From: Anaeramoeba ignava BMAN
Taxonomy: Eukaryota > Protista > Anaeramoebae
Assembly: GCA_028826165.1 (NCBI GenBank)
Contig: JAPDFW010000011.1
Coordinates: 620,001-684,000, forward strand
DNA: 64,000 nucleotides
Direction of reading: 5' to 3'
In this document: piece after piece, positions 62,219-64,000 of the stretch
Layout of the letters: the number at the start of each line of letters is the position of its first letter
Numbering within the stretch: the first letter of the stretch is position 1
Translations under genes and position numbers: made by a program
The notes under the pieces: generated by a model
What the model was told of the DNA's origin: nothing
The model's input: the letters and a program-made list of their open reading frames with translations, nothing else
Databases searched by the model: none

Positions 62219-64000
62219 ATGAGTCAAAATGTTGAAAAGATTCTTAAAGAAATTCATGCTTCAAGAAAAGATTTACTACACATTTATAATTATATAAAAT
62301 TATTAGAACAAAAAATGGAGACATTAAAACAAGAGAATGAAGTATTAAAAAAAGAATTACTAAAAGAAAGAAATGAAAAAAAAGAAATAAAACCAAAAGA
62401 AGATGAAAATGAGAATGAAAATAAAAAACAAATTATAAGTCAAGAAGAAAATGAAAAAAATGAAGATAAAATTCCAGATGATTTTGAATTTACTGAAAAT
62501 GACTCAACTTTTGTCAATCCAAAAAAAGAATCAAAATCAATAGAAAAATCAAATGAAAAATCAAAAGAAAAATCAAAAGAAAAATCAATAGAAAAATCAA
62601 AAGGAAAATCAAATGGAAAATCAAATGAAAAATCAAAAGGAAAATCAATAGAAAAATCAAAAGAAAAATCAAAAGAAAAATCAAAAGGAAAATCAATAGA
62701 AAAATCAAATGAAAAATCAAATGAAAAATCAAATGAAAAATCAAAAGAAAAATCAAAAGAAAAATCAAAAGAAAAATCAAAAGGAAAATCAAAAGGAAAA
62801 TCAAAAGGAAATAAAGATAATGTAGTAAAAACACACAAAAGCCATCATCACAAAAAACGTAAAAATAAGCAAAAAAATCAAAATCAAAATGAAAATGAAG
62901 ATGAAAATGAAAATGAAAATGAAAATGAAAATGAAAATGAAAATGAAGATGAAAATGAAAATGAAAATGAAGATGAAAATGAAAATCAAAAAATATCAGA
63001 AAAAATAATTCCGTTTTATACATTAGAATCAAAAGAAATTGCTAATACATTAAAAAGAATAATAATGCAAATCGCAGTTGATATCAAAGCAATTAAAACT
63101 CATGAAGATTTTCAAAACCCAATTCTTCTGGCTGAATTTATTAATTCAATCAATCCATCAATTCAAATGAATTTAATAGATAATGAAGAAAAAGAAAAAA
63201 GTATTCAATTAATTTTAACAACAGCACAGTCATTTGGATGCCAAATACAACATATTTCACCTGAAAGTTTTATTAATAGCAAAATTCATTTAATTGATTT
63301 TGCATATGAAATTTCCAAAGTGAAGATATTTAATTTTTTTCCTTCAAATTTTCCTGATTTAGTTTGTATTTTCCAAACAAAGTTGCCAACAAAATCCAAA
63401 AAAAGAATAGATAAAATCACTGAATTAGTTCATGATCTTTATGATAAAACACCAGAAAAGGTTATTTTCGATTTATGCGAATATTTTCTTCACAAACCAT
63501 TGGAAAATCCTCTCTTGGATATTTCCAATCCAGAAAATTTAGCCAAAATTATAAACACTCGTTCAAAAAATTCAGTCAAAATTAGCAAAAATGATAATAT
63601 TGAATTAAAAGCAAAAAAAATCATGGAAGCTTTGAAAAAACTGAAATCGAGAAGATATATAAATGAAAAATCAATCGTTTCAAGCTCTTTTTATCTTAAT
63701 TTATTATTTCTATTAAAATTCTTTTCAAAAAAATTAACAATTAAAAGTGAATTAAAAAAAGAAGATAAAGAATTAATTGAGAAAATTTGTGAAGAAAAAG
63801 AAGCAAATATTCAATGGACAAATGAAAAAACTTATCGTTTATGGATAACTCATATTCTCCAATTGAATTCCAATCATATTTCGAATTGGAAACAAGAAAT
63901 TGAAAATTGCACTTTGTTATTCAAAGCAATAAACAAAATTGATTCCAAAAAAATTGAATGGAAAAAAGTAATTCAACAGAATTCGAATATAGAATCAATT
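62219..64000 (+). CDS. Divergent fimbrin/plastin-like tandem calponin-homology protein with coiled-coil and KSxE-repeat N-terminus; runs off window
   Basis: Open frame from ATG 62219 to the window end. DFQNPILLAEFINSINP...ILTTAQSFGCQIQHI (CH1), TPEKVIFDLCEYFL...DISNPENLAKII (CH2) and EKTYRLWITHIL...CTLLFKAINKID...IEWKK (CH3) parallel recalled fimbrin motifs. Confidence 0.62.
   Translation, partial: MSQNVEKILKEIHASRKDLLHIYNYIKLLEQKMETLKQENEVLKKELLKERNEKKEIKPKEDENENENKKQIISQEENEKNEDKIPDDFEFTENDSTFVNPKKESKSIEKSNEKSKEKSKEKSIEKSKGKSNGKSNEKSKGKSIEKSKEKSKEKSKGKSIEKSNEKSNEKSNEKSKEKSKEKSKEKSKGKSKGKSKGNKDNVVKTHKSHHHKKRKNKQKNQNQNENEDENENENENENENENEDENENENEDENENQKISEKIIPFYTLESKEIANTLKRIIMQIAVDIKAIKTHEDFQNPILLAEFINSINPSIQMNLIDNEEKEKSIQLILTTAQSFGCQIQHISPESFINSKIHLIDFAYEISKVKIFNFFPSNFPDLVCIFQTKLPTKSKKRIDKITELVHDLYDKTPEKVIFDLCEYFLHKPLENPLLDISNPENLAKIINTRSKNSVKISKNDNIELKAKKIMEALKKLKSRRYINEKSIVSSSFYLNLLFLLKFFSKKLTIKSELKKEDKELIEKICEEKEANIQWTNEKTYRLWITHILQLNSNHISNWKQEIENCTLLFKAINKIDSKKIEWKKVIQQNSNIESI

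Noticed and set aside
1-64000. tRNA/rRNA genes, transposons or telomeric repeats
   Set aside because: No GC-rich structured RNA, transposase or RT motifs, terminal inverted repeats or G-rich telomere units were recognisable.

Overview
Extremely AT-rich eukaryotic (protist) nuclear DNA with short GT-AG spliceosomal introns, N/Q-rich low-complexity coding tracts and many AT-only minisatellites. The style suggests an Anaeramoeba-like metamonad, which is inference only. About 19 protein genes are supported: a BTB protein (partial), a Kelch protein, a large LYST-like BEACH protein, RMC1/Mic1, a small SAP30-like gene missed by the ORF track, a BRSK/SAD-type kinase, three tandem ankyrin-BTB paralogues, SF3B2, tepsin, a coiled-coil protein, MCM4, CENP-L-like, Rab5-like, a CBM20-ankyrin-BTB protein, NAD kinase and a divergent fimbrin-like protein (partial). 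The standout is a 393-aa intein inserted in the Walker A motif of nuclear MCM4 (45739-46917), with intact splicing motifs and a degenerate LAGLIDADG domain. Also notable are a mosaic, DARPin-like ankyrin-BTB array and a putative glycogen-binding Cul3 adaptor. Several 1-bp frameshifts in homopolymers look like long-read assembly errors. All calls come from reading the sequence and recalled family motifs; no searches were run.
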